A DNA stretch of 64,000 nt from Setoptus koraiensis (lineage: Eukaryota; Animalia; Arthropoda): assembly GCA_048013815.1 (NCBI GenBank), contig CM106586.1, positions 24,304,001-24,368,000 on the forward strand. The letters run 5' to 3'. Below, in pieces: positions 51,457-64,000 of this stretch. How positions within the stretch are numbered: the stretch's first letter is position 1; every line of letters starts with the position of its first letter. Under the pieces are notes generated by a model. It made no database searches, was not told where the DNA came from, and was given only the letters and a program-made list of their open reading frames with translations. The translations under genes and the position numbers were made by a program.

Positions 51457-52359
51457 GTTACGCTGTTATTGAGATGAATAGTCGGATCAATATAACATGC
51501 ACTATTATGATTTAATACTTTTTTGACGATGATTGTTCAGATAAGTTGTGACTTTGATGTGCTGAATGTCTTATCTTAGTGTAAGACTAGACAAATTTGC
51601 GCTAGGATATCGATGAATATAAAATAACATCTGCCTCGTGCGAGACGGTCAAACATGAATTTTCAACTTAGATGATAGTAGCGACTGTGTGATTATATTA
51701 GCTACACAGTCAATAAATAAATAAGACACAATGCTAGTTTGTTGAGATGAATTATAATGTAACTATTTGTACAATGTAGATTGCGTCCCCTCCAATTAGT
51801 AAATCCGATTAGTAATAACGATGGTATTTATACGTATTTTATTTGAGCAAGACTCCCTTATAAACAGTGCCAGGAACGATGTTTTGTGTGCGTTAAAGTG
51901 CGGTTCACGATAGACTGGTGTTGTGCCGGGCTGAGCCGCCTTACGACGGGTAATTCTATCGGTACGCGGAAAGCGCCCTACTGGGGTATTGTTCTTGAAT
52001 GGACATTTTATTGCATGACGATACATATGATTGTTTGAATCAAGGATATAATCTTAATGCAACTCATACATCAAGTCAATCCTGCTTTATATCGGTATGA
52101 AAATATCTCGACAAACAGTCAAGAATCAAGAAGTGAGCATTGGTTTGTCACTTCACAAATACATATCGAATTCTTACGTAGCGCGAGCAATTGATTTCTC
52201 ATCGAAAATACTAAATTTCCAATTGGATCAATAAGTGACATAGTTTTATTACTTATCATGAGTTCTTCGAAGATGATCGAACTATTTGTTCGATCGTCCT
52301 ATTGATCCAAGACCGAGAGATATACAGTGCGAGTCCTATATTCAAGATATGCTATTGTC

Positions 52360-52393
<34 letters not shown>

Positions 52394-53682
52394 ATTGGAT
52401 TAGGTTACTCTGTCTCGTTTTCCGGATGACCCTCGGCAGCATGTTGAGTCATAGAGTTTTGGGTCTTACAATTAATGTCGAGGCATTTTACGACACGCCG
52501 ACCCACACCACGTTCTAGGCCTCGGCTTTGTAAAGGGTGTGTTGAGTGCAGGTACTTTCTATGGACGAAAGTGACCTGTACTGCAATGAGCTGAAAAGCG
52601 AGTCTGTCGCTGTGGCGTTACTATCATGCCGCGTCAGTCACGCCTCTTCACTTGTGCCGCGCCGGATACCTGGATTAAAAGCGCACTCGGTCATACCATT
52701 ATAGGGAATTCATCGACAGATAGCCCCTTTCCTGATGACACCAATTCTTACCTGACTCTGAATCTGATCTCTCTGAACTCCCCTGTTCCCACCATCAATG
52801 ACCGGACTCTCTGGAGTAGTCTCATATACAGTATTGTATTAGTTAAACCGTGCGGACTAGGGGTCGGGTATTTGCATCACTCTGGTCGTGACAGTTTTAA
52901 TCATACCCTGTTTGTGCATCGAAACAACGCTTCCAAAATCACTCTCTTCTTGCGAAACATCCCTCTAGGATCCTAAAATGATCCACTCACGTCGCATCTA
53001 TCCGATTCATGTACTTGCCGACATTTTTCATTCGTTGATTATCAGTTATATTTACATCATCCAGAATGTAATATAATAATAGATGTACACGGACAAGAAT
53101 ACAGAGCTATGGGGATTGAACTTCGAAATCTGAGCGCTCAATTCAAAGACATGTGATGCAGTGCGTCATATGCATATCTAGCACATGCTGCAATCAACAA
53201 CGGTCCAAGTTGTTTTCAGTTGTAGCCCCTTCAAATCTTGCCTCGTCCGCAATGGTATCGCAGAGGATAGTATTCCGAGCATCCTTTATTACTGATGATA
53301 TCGTTTTATATTATTTTTCCAAATCATTGAAAACACTGAACTTTAATTCTTAACAGAGATTATCACCGTCACTTTCATGCTTTGTTTTTAAATCTGGCGC
53401 AACGAAGAAGAGAAAAAACGTAGACAAAAAAGATCCAGTTTGGTAGTAGAATCGCCTTACAGTTGAGTGAATATATTTATATGAAAATACTCGACTCTAA
53501 ATAGTTTATACTCATGGTTATAAACTCATTTCGAGATTGAACAAGATATTATAAGAGGTCGCAATACTCCCAGACTAATTAGAGTGTTGAATCCACAACG
53601 TGAGACAAGCTCTTGGCGAGGGCTTCATCAAAAATCTTCCGTCAAATAGAATTCACAACATTGACCCGTAAATTCGATAGAT

Positions 53683-54914
53683 ATGGTTAATAATATCAAT
53701 AAGAGCAACAGTAAAGATGTGAGAATTCTGCTCGTGGGTGATGGTAAGTTACAAAACAAAAAAAGTCTCCCTAATGTTCGTTATTAGTCACCAGCATGAC
53801 GCTAAAATACATCATGTTTCATCCGTTCTCATCCCAATTACTATCATCAGCCGGAGTTGGTAAAACCTCTCTCATATATTGTCTAGCCAATGAAGTATTT
53901 GATGAAGATGTTCCACCTCGAATGGCCGAGATCACAATTCCGGCTGAAGTAACTCCACAACATGTGCTGACGCATATAGTCGATTTTTCAGAGCGAGATT
54001 CATCAATGAATTTAGTAGAAGAGATAAATAGATCCTGTGTTATCTGTTTGGTCTATTCTCTGAAGGATGAAGAGAGCTTGGCAAGAGTCGGTTCATATTG
54101 GATGCCCTTCATTAGAGGAAGCCAAAAAGATGCCAGTCGACTCAAGCCAGTCATACTTGTTGGTAATAAATCAGACCTAGTTGATTCACCACCCTTGGAT
54201 GAGCTGACTTCGATCATAAGTGCTTACGAAGAGATAGAAGCCTTCATTGAAGTATCTGCAAGAGCTCAATTGAATATACCCGAACTTTTCGTATCAGCAC
54301 AAAAGGCTGTTCTATACCCATTATCACCTCTATATGATTCTCACAAACGTGCTTTAACAAAAAAATGCCGTAACGCCCTAACGCGTATCTTCAAATTATG
54401 TGATGAAGATGAGGATGGATTACTTAGTGACCATGAGTTAAATCTCTTCCAGAATAAATGTTTTGGGACACCGCTTCAAAAAGAAGCTCTAGACGACCTG
54501 AAAGTAATCATTAAACAAAGTATGATGGACGGTATCATAGACAATAGATTAACACAAGCAGGATTTCTATTTTTACATGTATTGTCCATAGAAAAAGGAA
54601 AGCACGATATCACATGGACATGTCTAAGGAAATTCAATTACGATGACGAAATAGTTGCTACCAAGTCCTCATCCTTTGGAGATGATGATGCCACAAAGAG
54701 TTCGATGACCTCTGTAGGATCTTGTGCCACTACTTCTATCTCAATAGATCCGAACGATCCAAAAATCACATGGATACAGTCTCAACTAAATTCATTCCAT
54801 AACTGTTTCAACAATATGGATGTACTCTTTAAGGCAGGGGTCAGTTTAGCTGCAGCTACTGTTCTTGGAATCGTTCTGTTAAGATATATGGCACTCAAAA
54901 GGACCATGAAATGA
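53683..54914 (+). CDS. Miro: Mitochondrial Rho GTPase Miro, shortened form; join(53683..53743,53851..54914), 374 aa
   Basis: KDVRILLVGD-AGVGKTSLI, EITIPAEVTP, LVGNKSDL, AQKAVLYP, EF-hand DEDEDGLLSDHE, GFLFLH..HDITWTCLRKFNYDD and tail anchor LFKAGVSLAAATVLGIVLL. The 107-nt phase-1 intron has a GTAAGT donor. Confidence 0.93.
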
Positions 54915-56259
54915 GCACACTCACATCGACGTTGATACGTTCATGATATTAGCAAGGGTGTTATACTGACAAGAAATATTTAGTCCTACTGAAAATGTAA
55001 AAAGATCAGAAAGATGGGAAGTTGGTGTGTACAACGAACGTCTCTAACTTATTTTTGAATTCATGATGAGTGGAATTCAAAGTAGCTTGTCATTTTATAG
55101 AGTCCTCACTTAATTAAAACAAAATGGCTAAGGCTGCCGTAGTTCTAGATCAATACTAATCCGAGTGCAAAAGAGCCAGACTCGACATACTAGAGCCCGC
55201 TTTACTATAGCAACGTGAATTAGGCATTTTCAGTAAATTCGTTACCTGAGTGAAAACTTGATTGCCAGTCTACCGATACATTTGGGCAGAAAGCAGTCTC
55301 TATATTGATTTTTAGAATAGATTGTCCACCAAAGAATGAGTTCAAACAGAAGGCTCACATACATACATCATTATGACCGAAACCCACATAAGTCAGATGT
55401 ATTGTTCACAAATGAATACTGATCATTGTTAGTCAACTGTGAACAAAAATGGTGGATCTCAGACTGTGGAATTCATAGCATTCTCCTAGACATCGATTAT
55501 CAAGAAAATGAATGATGTTTGAACTTTCTTAAGCGAAACAAGTGCTGAGATACCTGTACATGAAATGGTTTGTATTCATGTAGATCATTTCTCATACTAT
55601 ACAACACATTCTGTAGCTCCCCCAAGCGGGCAACAAATGAACTTGAGTGAATCGAAACTGACACACGGTAAAGAGCTGGTAGAGGCACAATATTGGAATT
55701 ATCTGACGAATACAGCGACCCACTATTACATTTACCACCACTGGAATACTTGGAATAATAATATATTCACATTATCTAACATTGTTTGGGGAAAAGAAAA
55801 AAGGAGTTTTATTCCACATAATTCTGAATTGAAACCACAAGTTATATGCAGTCACCAAATTCGAAAGGATTGGTCTATCAGGATTTTGAGCATGATTCCA
55901 ACAAAATGAAGGCATTTTTTATAATCCATGTTGCAGGTACTTACTAGACTCAACAAAAATACAACGTGGTATTGTAGAAATATCGAGGAAATTCGATTAA
56001 TTATTGGCGATTGCAAAAGAACGGATTCTTTTCCCTGTCTTATTTGAGGAGGCTAATATATTGGAAATTTCGACACAAAGACAGTATTCAGGCCACAATC
56101 ATCAGTGAATTTATTGTTCTAGTAGGGAGCTGGAAGTGTATCAGAGCAGCCGCCGCAACGTCTTCTAAGCATTTCCAGGCTCCGTCGGCCTCCAAGACGC
56201 CTTATAGACGCCGATTTAAGCTACCATCGATACTCCGTCGTTTTAAGTTGAGCAACTTT

Positions 56260-57630
56260 ATGGAATATTGCGTGATAGCTTTGAATGAGGCCTCATGTTC
56301 CACAGCAAACAGGTTGGATTTGCTTAATTGTGATGGACCTGTTTGGTTTCTCGGCCGCCTATACAATCTGCCACAAGATCTTGATGATTTACAGGGCGAT
56401 ATAAGATCTAAGTTATGGATAACATATCGACGCAATTTTCCGCCCATTGTTGGGAATGCTCGTTACATCACAGACAAAGGTTTCGGTTGTATGATTAGAT
56501 GTGGTCAGATGGTACTAGCCAATGCGCTGATCTATAAAGATTTAGGCCGTCAATGGAGATGGAAATCTAACTCTGTAGATGAGAATCCTCAAGCCTATTT
56601 GAATATCCTCAAGCTCTTTCAGGACAAAACTGAATGTAAATATTCCATTCATAACATCGTTCAAACTGGACAGCAGGAAGGTAAAGCAATAGGAGAATGG
56701 TTTGGCCCGAATACTATAGCACAGGCGCTGAAAAAGATGTCTAAACATGATAAAATTTCTATCGAGGTCGCTCTGGACAATGTTATTGTAACAGATGAAA
56801 TACGTTCAAGTTTCAAGAGAGCAACCAGCAAACGAGACTTGCTACCATCCGCCGATGGTAATAATACTGATGTTGAATGGGTTCCATCTATTTTGTTCAT
56901 ACCATTACGATTAGGATTGACCAAAATCAATCCATTGTATTTTGATGCCTTGAAAAAGACCTTCCAATTTAGACAGTCCCTAGGTATTATTGGTGGTAGA
57001 CCTAATCATGCACTCTATTTGGTCGGGTTCACAGATGATGACATAATTTACTTGGACCCACATAAAACACAACAATATATAGATTTTGATGCCCAGGCCC
57101 CTATCGACCAGAATGACCAAAATTCCTCCTTGGCAATCTCCACTAGTCAAGCGATATCAAGTTCACTTGGTTTTAGTTCCCCTAATTCATTATCTGACGC
57201 CACGTATCATTGCGAGGGAGCTGAAAAAATGTCAATAGAACGACTGGACCCGTCGATAGCTCTTTGTTTCTACTTTCATACAGAGGAAGAATTTGATGAT
57301 TGGTGTGATGTATCTAATGAATGTCTTATCAATGGAGAACAACAACCGATGTTTGAAATTACAAAACAGCGTCCACCTCATTGGGCTACATTGCCGAACA
57401 ATCTACTTACAACTACAAACAATTCGAACACCCATTCAGAAAAATTAAGTCAATCTAATGGTTCTAACTCTCTCCGGACTGACCACGATTCCGAAAAGTT
57501 CACGCTTTTGAAGGAAGAGAAAGAACAAGTTGATTCTTCGAAGTTCGAACTTACGAAATCGTATTCACTCGAACCTAACGATGTTATGCCTTTTCATGAT
57601 GAAGATGAAGAGTTTGAGATGCTCGGTTGA
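56260..57630 (+). CDS. ATG4: Autophagy cysteine protease ATG4 (ATG4A/B-like), 456 aa from the first in-frame ATG, intronless
   Basis: PVWFLGR, LWITYRRNF, catalytic DKGFGCMIRCGQM, GEWFGPNT, GIIGGRPNHA, YLDPH (catalytic D and H) and a C-terminal LIR-like EEEFEML. The true start is uncertain. Confidence 0.93.
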   Translation: MEYCVIALNEASCSTANRLDLLNCDGPVWFLGRLYNLPQDLDDLQGDIRSKLWITYRRNFPPIVGNARYITDKGFGCMIRCGQMVLANALIYKDLGRQWRWKSNSVDENPQAYLNILKLFQDKTECKYSIHNIVQTGQQEGKAIGEWFGPNTIAQALKKMSKHDKISIEVALDNVIVTDEIRSSFKRATSKRDLLPSADGNNTDVEWVPSILFIPLRLGLTKINPLYFDALKKTFQFRQSLGIIGGRPNHALYLVGFTDDDIIYLDPHKTQQYIDFDAQAPIDQNDQNSSLAISTSQAISSSLGFSSPNSLSDATYHCEGAEKMSIERLDPSIALCFYFHTEEEFDDWCDVSNECLINGEQQPMFEITKQRPPHWATLPNNLLTTTNNSNTHSEKLSQSNGSNSLRTDHDSEKFTLLKEEKEQVDSSKFELTKSYSLEPNDVMPFHDEDEEFEMLG

Positions 57631-60600
57631 TAGGATAAAAACACATATTCGCGCGCTTTATTGTCTCGTAAGAATACTTACTCAGATTAAATTAACTATC
57701 ATGTTTCTCTTAAAAGTTGGTATCATCTGGCTATGTTTGATCCACCACGTCCCGGAGTATTTGTGAACGTTCACACATCTCTCACATATCGAACTAAAAT
57801 GTTCCATTCAGCCTGGATATATCTTTTCGACAATATGCTCTTAGGTCTAAGCAATAGCTCAAAATGAATTGAGCCTATGCAAAACGGTGGTGATACCAAA
57901 AACGACTGATGTTGAGACTTCTCAATTTTTTTCATTATTTGCTTGAAGGATTTGATTATTTGAGTTGAAAGTAGTTCTTGTCATGTTGATTCCGACTTAT
58001 AATTGAGGCTCGTTAAATTTGAAACCACTCATAGACTACTACTGTACTGCACTTGTTTTATTTTCAGTATCTGACTAGGCCGGCAAAATAACTCGGATGT
58101 TTCGATTCGACCTGAGACCAGTGTCAGCGGATACGCTACTCAGTTGTCACTGTGAATGATTGCTACATGAATGACTCTTGGGCATCGCGAGAAGATTGAT
58201 CCATATTGAAAACTCGTATCTCAGATTGTGAATAATTGTATCAAGTTGGTCTATCAGCGAATTTCATCTATCGAAACAGTATAGAGTGAAGTAGCCGGAG
58301 TCGATAGGGATAGCGCAGTGATCGGATAATGATTTTCTCCTATGCAGACTGCTGAAAGTCTCTCAAAGAGAATATCACTTAAAATTTGTGCTTTTGACCG
58401 GGACCGTCCCCAAACAAACAATAGCTAGTGTATTTGAGATGACTCCAACACATTTCTCCAAGAGAGTTATGATAGAAAGTCGATTAGACAAAAAGATATG
58501 ACTACTTTATCAACTGAATCAAATAACTATAAAAACCGAAATTGGCTAAGAGCTATCTTTACTCCGGAGAGACCCGGATCGCACACAACCATCATCGTAT
58601 GACCATAACTTAATCACAGTATGAATGGCCCCAGATTATGTGACAAGAAAGACAGCTACAACTCTTTACGTACGGTTTGATCAGGTTGATAGAAAATGGA
58701 GAGAGAAAACACAGTGATGGGCTTTCTCCGGGCGAAAGCATCAAGAAAATGAACCACTACTGGTCGATGTATTTAGATCAGAAACTAATACATTCATGAA
58801 AGAGTCATTCTATCTATCATTATAAAACTGATGTCTTTCAAAGAGGAATTCTTGTATAAAAAAATATAAACGACATATTGCCAAATGGGCAGTTTTTCGA
58901 AAACCTATCGCTGGATGTTGAGCTGAATATTTCAGGGGCCGGAACTTCCGGTGACGATTCCCGTTCTGGGTATTTTCACTTTTTGTTTGTATTTTTTAAT
59001 TTTTGAAGCCAGATTCCGTGATACTCCATCGATATGGCCACATATCTTTATGGTAGTCGTGTAGAATCATCACTAATCTATCGTTTGATCGAAAAAAAGT
59101 ATAAAAAAGTACACCTGACACTCAAAATTTGATTCCAATGGAACTCAGACCGGACCTCACTGTGACAATCTCGCTTGCACCTACTGCAACTCGTATTTTG
59201 TTACTACAGGGCACAGTTATGGATTATTGGTGAAATAATAAAAGATACTCACTCAATTTCTAGTTTGAGCAGCTACTGGAAGTGTGTTGCAGTCAATGTT
59301 TTCTGATTCATTCTTGGCACTATCGATATCTAGTCAATACTACAATTAGTTTGGATAGATTAGATGAAGTCAAGTCTCCTAGATTCTACCATGAGATCAA
59401 GCAAACCCATCGTGAAAACATGTCGTTTGATCCGTGACAGCAAGCAGTGTTAGAAATTTCTGGTCTAAGTTGTTCCAACTGATGGGTCGCAAATCAAGCA
59501 AGAACAAGTGTTACCAGTTTTTTGTATCGCATAACAAGAAACTTGACTAAGCTTTTACTGTCGCAGATGAAAAAGTGGGGAAGTGTGAACTGTGAACTGA
59601 GTGTAAATTGGTGACAACTTGAATTGATATGGAACGGGAGAAAATACAATGTAACCATTATATTCAAACTATGAACAAGTTCTACCTTGAAAACGAATCA
59701 GCCTTACACATTGATGAGGTATATCTCTCTCTAACTTATCCATCTGTTATCCACTAGGAGCGCCTACATTTCAAATCACTTTAGAGAGTTTTATTAGTCA
59801 TCTAAGCAAGATCAAACGTGAAGAACAAATCTTCACTTGAAAACAACCTATCAATTCGTCACTATCTAATCAGATGTCACTTACATGTGAACAAAAGTGC
59901 AAGATGGATGTATGTTTGGGCGCTTATTTATCGGCGACTCACCAAGAAAGAATATAACGATGCTAGGCAATTTAAACAGGGAAACTAACCACCTGTCTCT
60001 CAAGCTACAAACATGGCAATCATTTCGTCTACATGACCTATCCGAACGAACCTTGAACTCTATCAAACAATTAGATGGGTTTATTTGAAAGCATAATAGA
60101 TGCAAACTGTAGACCACAAAGAAATAAGGGGGTTGAGAATAGTAAGCTAGATCTGATAGTTGCGTGCATGCTAGTGCAGATTATCTTTGTAAGTTAACGT
60201 AGGTGTTTGCGCACCTAACTCAAATCACAAATGTATAGATATTAAAGAAGCTAATATCTATAGATTTTATTAACGTCATTATAGTAATTCTAACATTTGT
60301 ATGGATTCTCTGCAGTTTAAGATAGGTCGGTTTAGTTGGTGATGCTGATGCTACGAATATCTGTAGAAGTTGTGAGCTATACACAACAATGAAAAGGAAT
60401 GATTTAAATACAAAAGAAACATCCTTGGTGAAATAACCTCCCGCAAAAATCATCTCAACTAGCGTTACCTCCATAGTATAGGTTTGGGCAGTAACATAAT
60501 CATTCTGTCTAGTCTCTCAACCTGTTATGTGTATACCACAAATACCAATGAAGCTGGCAAGCATCCATGATTAACCATCATTGGGGTAGTTGTGATTCGG

Positions 60601-62965
60601 AGGAATCTTTACATCGTTTTTTTACTCACAACATTAAGTATATACTCATCATCTCATACATGTTGTAAGGAATAAGTGCGAATCATTACTATTTTCCATA
60701 GTTGTTCTCTAATCACTCCTGCTCATTTATAATAAAACTGATAACACAACAGTATGTAAAATAATGACTTTTAGCTGACGAACAACTTCTGCATGATATC
60801 AAGACAGACAGAGCGAGATAGACACCTTGGTGATTGCTTTACAGTCTTGACAATTTCCGTATCTCTTGTCGGGACGGGACTTGTTATATTGTGCACCCGT
60901 ATTGGAATGAATTCGCGTTTGTACTCTTTTCTTGTTGAGGATATTTTCAGTATGTTGATACAAAATGCTTTCAATTGTAACTTGTCATTCTACTATGCAT
61001 CAACAAATGATAGTTAATCTCATCTCAATAAGTGTGCAACTTGACTTCACTAACTTTACTAATTAATTTATACAAGTGCAACTCGACACCATTTACATTT
61101 GATCAAATACTTTAGATGGATTTTGATTACACCGTTGAATAGTTAGAACAATGAAATAGAAAGCGCAAAGCTCACGCCTAAATGACGTTAATTAATTGAT
61201 ATCAGACTTGTTAGGCCTCGTCAGCAATGACTGAACGAAAAGTTGATTAAAATCAAATTATCGCATCTGGTGAGTTTATTTGAGGGTGAAAGCATGATCT
61301 AATTGAACAGGTGCCAACGTGTTTAGGTTTGCGAGCACAGGTGAAGTGATTATTATATTCACCTATGAAAGTGAATGCAAATTGAATGTGCAGCATTCAT
61401 CTGCATCTTCGCTAATTAACACTTTTAGACAGGTTTCGCCTTTGATTCTATAATAAATCCTGAAGAGGGCGCTTGTGTATTTCAATATGGTACGGTTGAT
61501 ATCTTTTTCGCCTTACAAACAATAATGACAAAATAGATGCTAAGGAGGATATTCTGTGTTAATAGGAGCTTATTGAAAGAGGTCACCAGCATAAGTGAAT
61601 GTTTCATGGATGCATGCACTAATATTTACATAAGGTGAGCGAATATCTGAGTGTGAAGAGTGATAATGTCAACGTTACAAATAACCATAGTTTATTGGTT
61701 CTAGTGACCGACATAACTTTATACTCGAATTAGCTTTTATGATTTATCATTAGACACGACTAGTAAACTAATACTTATCAAATAAATATTGAAAGCTCAG
61801 CAAATATAACGTGTTTACATAAAGAACATACGAAAAAAAAAAAATGCAATGGACGTAACGCCTAGTTAGATTCGGCACAGTGGAAACAAGCGTTTGGAGC
61901 GACCTCTACAAGACTGAGCTGAACTAACTATACAAGCATATAAAAATGTAGCGTCTATGAAAGTGTGTGTAGCCTTTACACACTTGTTCTCCCAGCTAGT
62001 ACACAGCTGAGGCAGCGGCAACGGCAACGGTAGTAAAGTAATGTTAGTGGTGTCAATAGTGCGGAAGACAACATCATCATCCTCATCATCACCATCATCA
62101 TCATCATCATCATCATAATTGACAACGACTGGATAAACAACAATAAGATATATCATTAATTGATTTTAATTTATATAAACATAAATCAACCAACACACAT
62201 CTCTAGACATGCATAATTTTATAAAAATAATTATTTATAATATATAGATATGCTACACTGCACAGTATATAAATAATAATTATTATCAGCCATACAAGAG
62301 TTTGCTTCTATCCAATTATAATAAGCGCTCTACAAACTAACTATACACAGCACGATAACATATCGTATTAAATCTGATATCTAAGCATATAAACGACAAA
62401 TTGAGACATTTCAATTATCAGCGCCATACTGATATCATTGATTGGTTGGTATCCTTGCTACATTAGACGCTACTATGCCCATTAACTCTTCTTGCATCAG
62501 AACTAAACATCTCACAATATATTCGATCAATCTTAACATATTGGTATTAGTCTCGTAGAATGTACATGTCTCAATAGTAACTTGACTGATCAACCCACAA
62601 TCAATTCGTAAATCAAACATGACCAGAGAGAGATAGATAAGCAATCACGAAGTTTTCTATCATGATATATTTATGTTGACTAAGTTCTCACATACTGAAG
62701 CAAACAAGTCAGATAAATATAGTGTAAGGCATACAAGAAGCGTTTCCCTTTTGGTTGGGCGCACAGAGCTAAACAATTTTCCCTGCCTATTAATTATTAT
62801 CACTGAATTGACAAGATTTGGATCATTATTATTATAATAGGCTCTCCTTCAAAAAGAAGATATAAGTTTCTGATGTCAGTTGATCACACACACGCACATT
62901 AAAATTTACACTAAATTTAATGTGTATATCATTGAAAATTACTCAACAACTCACATGCAAAACAC

Positions 62966-64000
62966 ATGGTGATGAAGTTTCTAAAACCAATCCCTCTAGT
63001 TATAGTAAGTATTTACTGCATCAGCTTATTCGCAGATTGTTCTAGGACCGATGAGCTAAATAACCGGAGCACTTCCAAGACTTACCTTAATCATTTTGCC
63101 GTCAAGCTAGCACCGAAAGCCGATCCAAATGACGTGGCCAATAGATCTGGTTATACCAATCTTGGTAAAATAGGTTCATTAGAAAATTACTATTTATTTG
63201 TCGGTCATCATGTGTCTAAAAGGTCTCTAGACTCTTATCATCCTCAAACTCTCGATGGACATGATCATGTTGAGTGGTTTGAGCAACAACATGTCAAAGT
63301 CAGACCTAAAAGAGACATGAGTATTCTCACCCTTCCTACCTCACCGGCCCTTACTCCAGCTAGAGTGCTCAATTATGTCAATTTTTCAGATCCTCTATAC
63401 AATAAACAATGGTACTTTCACGGGGGAGCTCGTGGAGGATTCGATATGAATATTGCTGCTGTTTGGAAAATGGGCTACACAGGAAAGAATGTTGTCCTTA
63501 CAATATTAGACGATGGAGTTCAAATAGACCATCCAGATCTCATTAGGAATTATGATCGTCGCGCTAGTTATGATATTAATGATCGTGACGACAATCCTAC
63601 GCCTCAAGACAATGCAGAGAATAAGCATGGCACTCGTTGTGCCGGAGAGATAGCAGCTGAGGCCGGAAACGAATATTGTGGTGTTGGTGTTGCATACAAT
63701 GCGAGCATCGGAGGGGTTAGAATGCTGGATGGAACGGTAACTGATGAAGTTGAAGCAACCGCTTTGAGCTTGAACCCAGACCACATCGATGTTTACAGTG
63801 CCTCATGGGGTCCTGATGATAATGGTAAAACCGTAGATGGACCGGGTCATTTAGCGGCCCAGGCTTTCATTAATGGTGTCAAGACTGGGAGAAAAGGTTA
63901 GTTCAATTTCTGTTTGGTTATCACCTATTATTTCTTCCTAATTTCTTATAATATATTATAATGCTCTAATTCTCATGTAAATTATCTACTTAGGTTTGGG
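62966..64000 (+). CDS. Fur2: Furin-like proprotein convertase (closest to arthropod Furin 2), 5' part; join(62966..63896,63994..>64000)
   Basis: Signal peptide, prodomain ending KVRPKR, catalytic ILDDG and NKHGTRCAGE, and YSASWGPDD. A 97-nt phase-1 intron restores GRKG-LG. Truncated by the window end. The Fur2 versus Fur1 assignment is from recalled similarity. Confidence 0.9.

Noticed and set aside
55565-55909. 114-aa plus-strand ORF between Miro and ATG4
   Set aside because: No recognisable domain. It may be an orphan gene or leader sequence, and a BLAST search and RNA-seq would be needed.
58939-58951. Perfect inverted repeat CCGGAA-C-TTCCGG (ETS-like)
   Set aside because: A single short motif with no associated gene start identified, so within chance expectation.

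Overview
This is eukaryotic DNA: AT-rich, with GT-AG introns and many microsatellites. The protein sequences are arthropod-like. Compact genes, mostly lost introns and uniformly short coding introns (about 96-165 nt) suggest a miniaturised mite genome, but that assignment is inference only. Eleven protein-coding genes can be reconstructed by hand: a PFK-2 (PFKFB) kinase (+), a 9-finger C2H2 protein (-), TUT4/7 (-), two tandem Cys-type glutathione peroxidases (+), a Regnase-like NYN ribonuclease (+), brat TRIM-NHL (-), CCAR1 (+), VIRMA/virilizer (-), Miro (+) and ATG4 (+). The 5' part of a furin-2-like convertase (+) runs off the end of the window. Two long, microsatellite-rich non-coding blocks (about 7-14.5 kb and 29-42 kb) flank the zinc-finger and brat genes. 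The main signal is that several conserved multidomain proteins appear to have cleanly lost whole domains while keeping intact active sites. Miro (374 aa) lacks EF-hand module 2 and the C-terminal GTPase but keeps its tail anchor. PFK-2 (230 aa) lacks the bisphosphatase. The Regnase lacks its CCCH finger and Brat lacks B-box 1. Secondary candidates are a plus-strand chain of in-phase micro-exons (12.7-14.5 kb) with an intronic miRNA-like hairpin, and an alternative first exon that would add a membrane anchor to one GPx. No tRNA, rRNA, CRISPR array or recognisable transposon was found. All exon structures are manual predictions with no transcript support.
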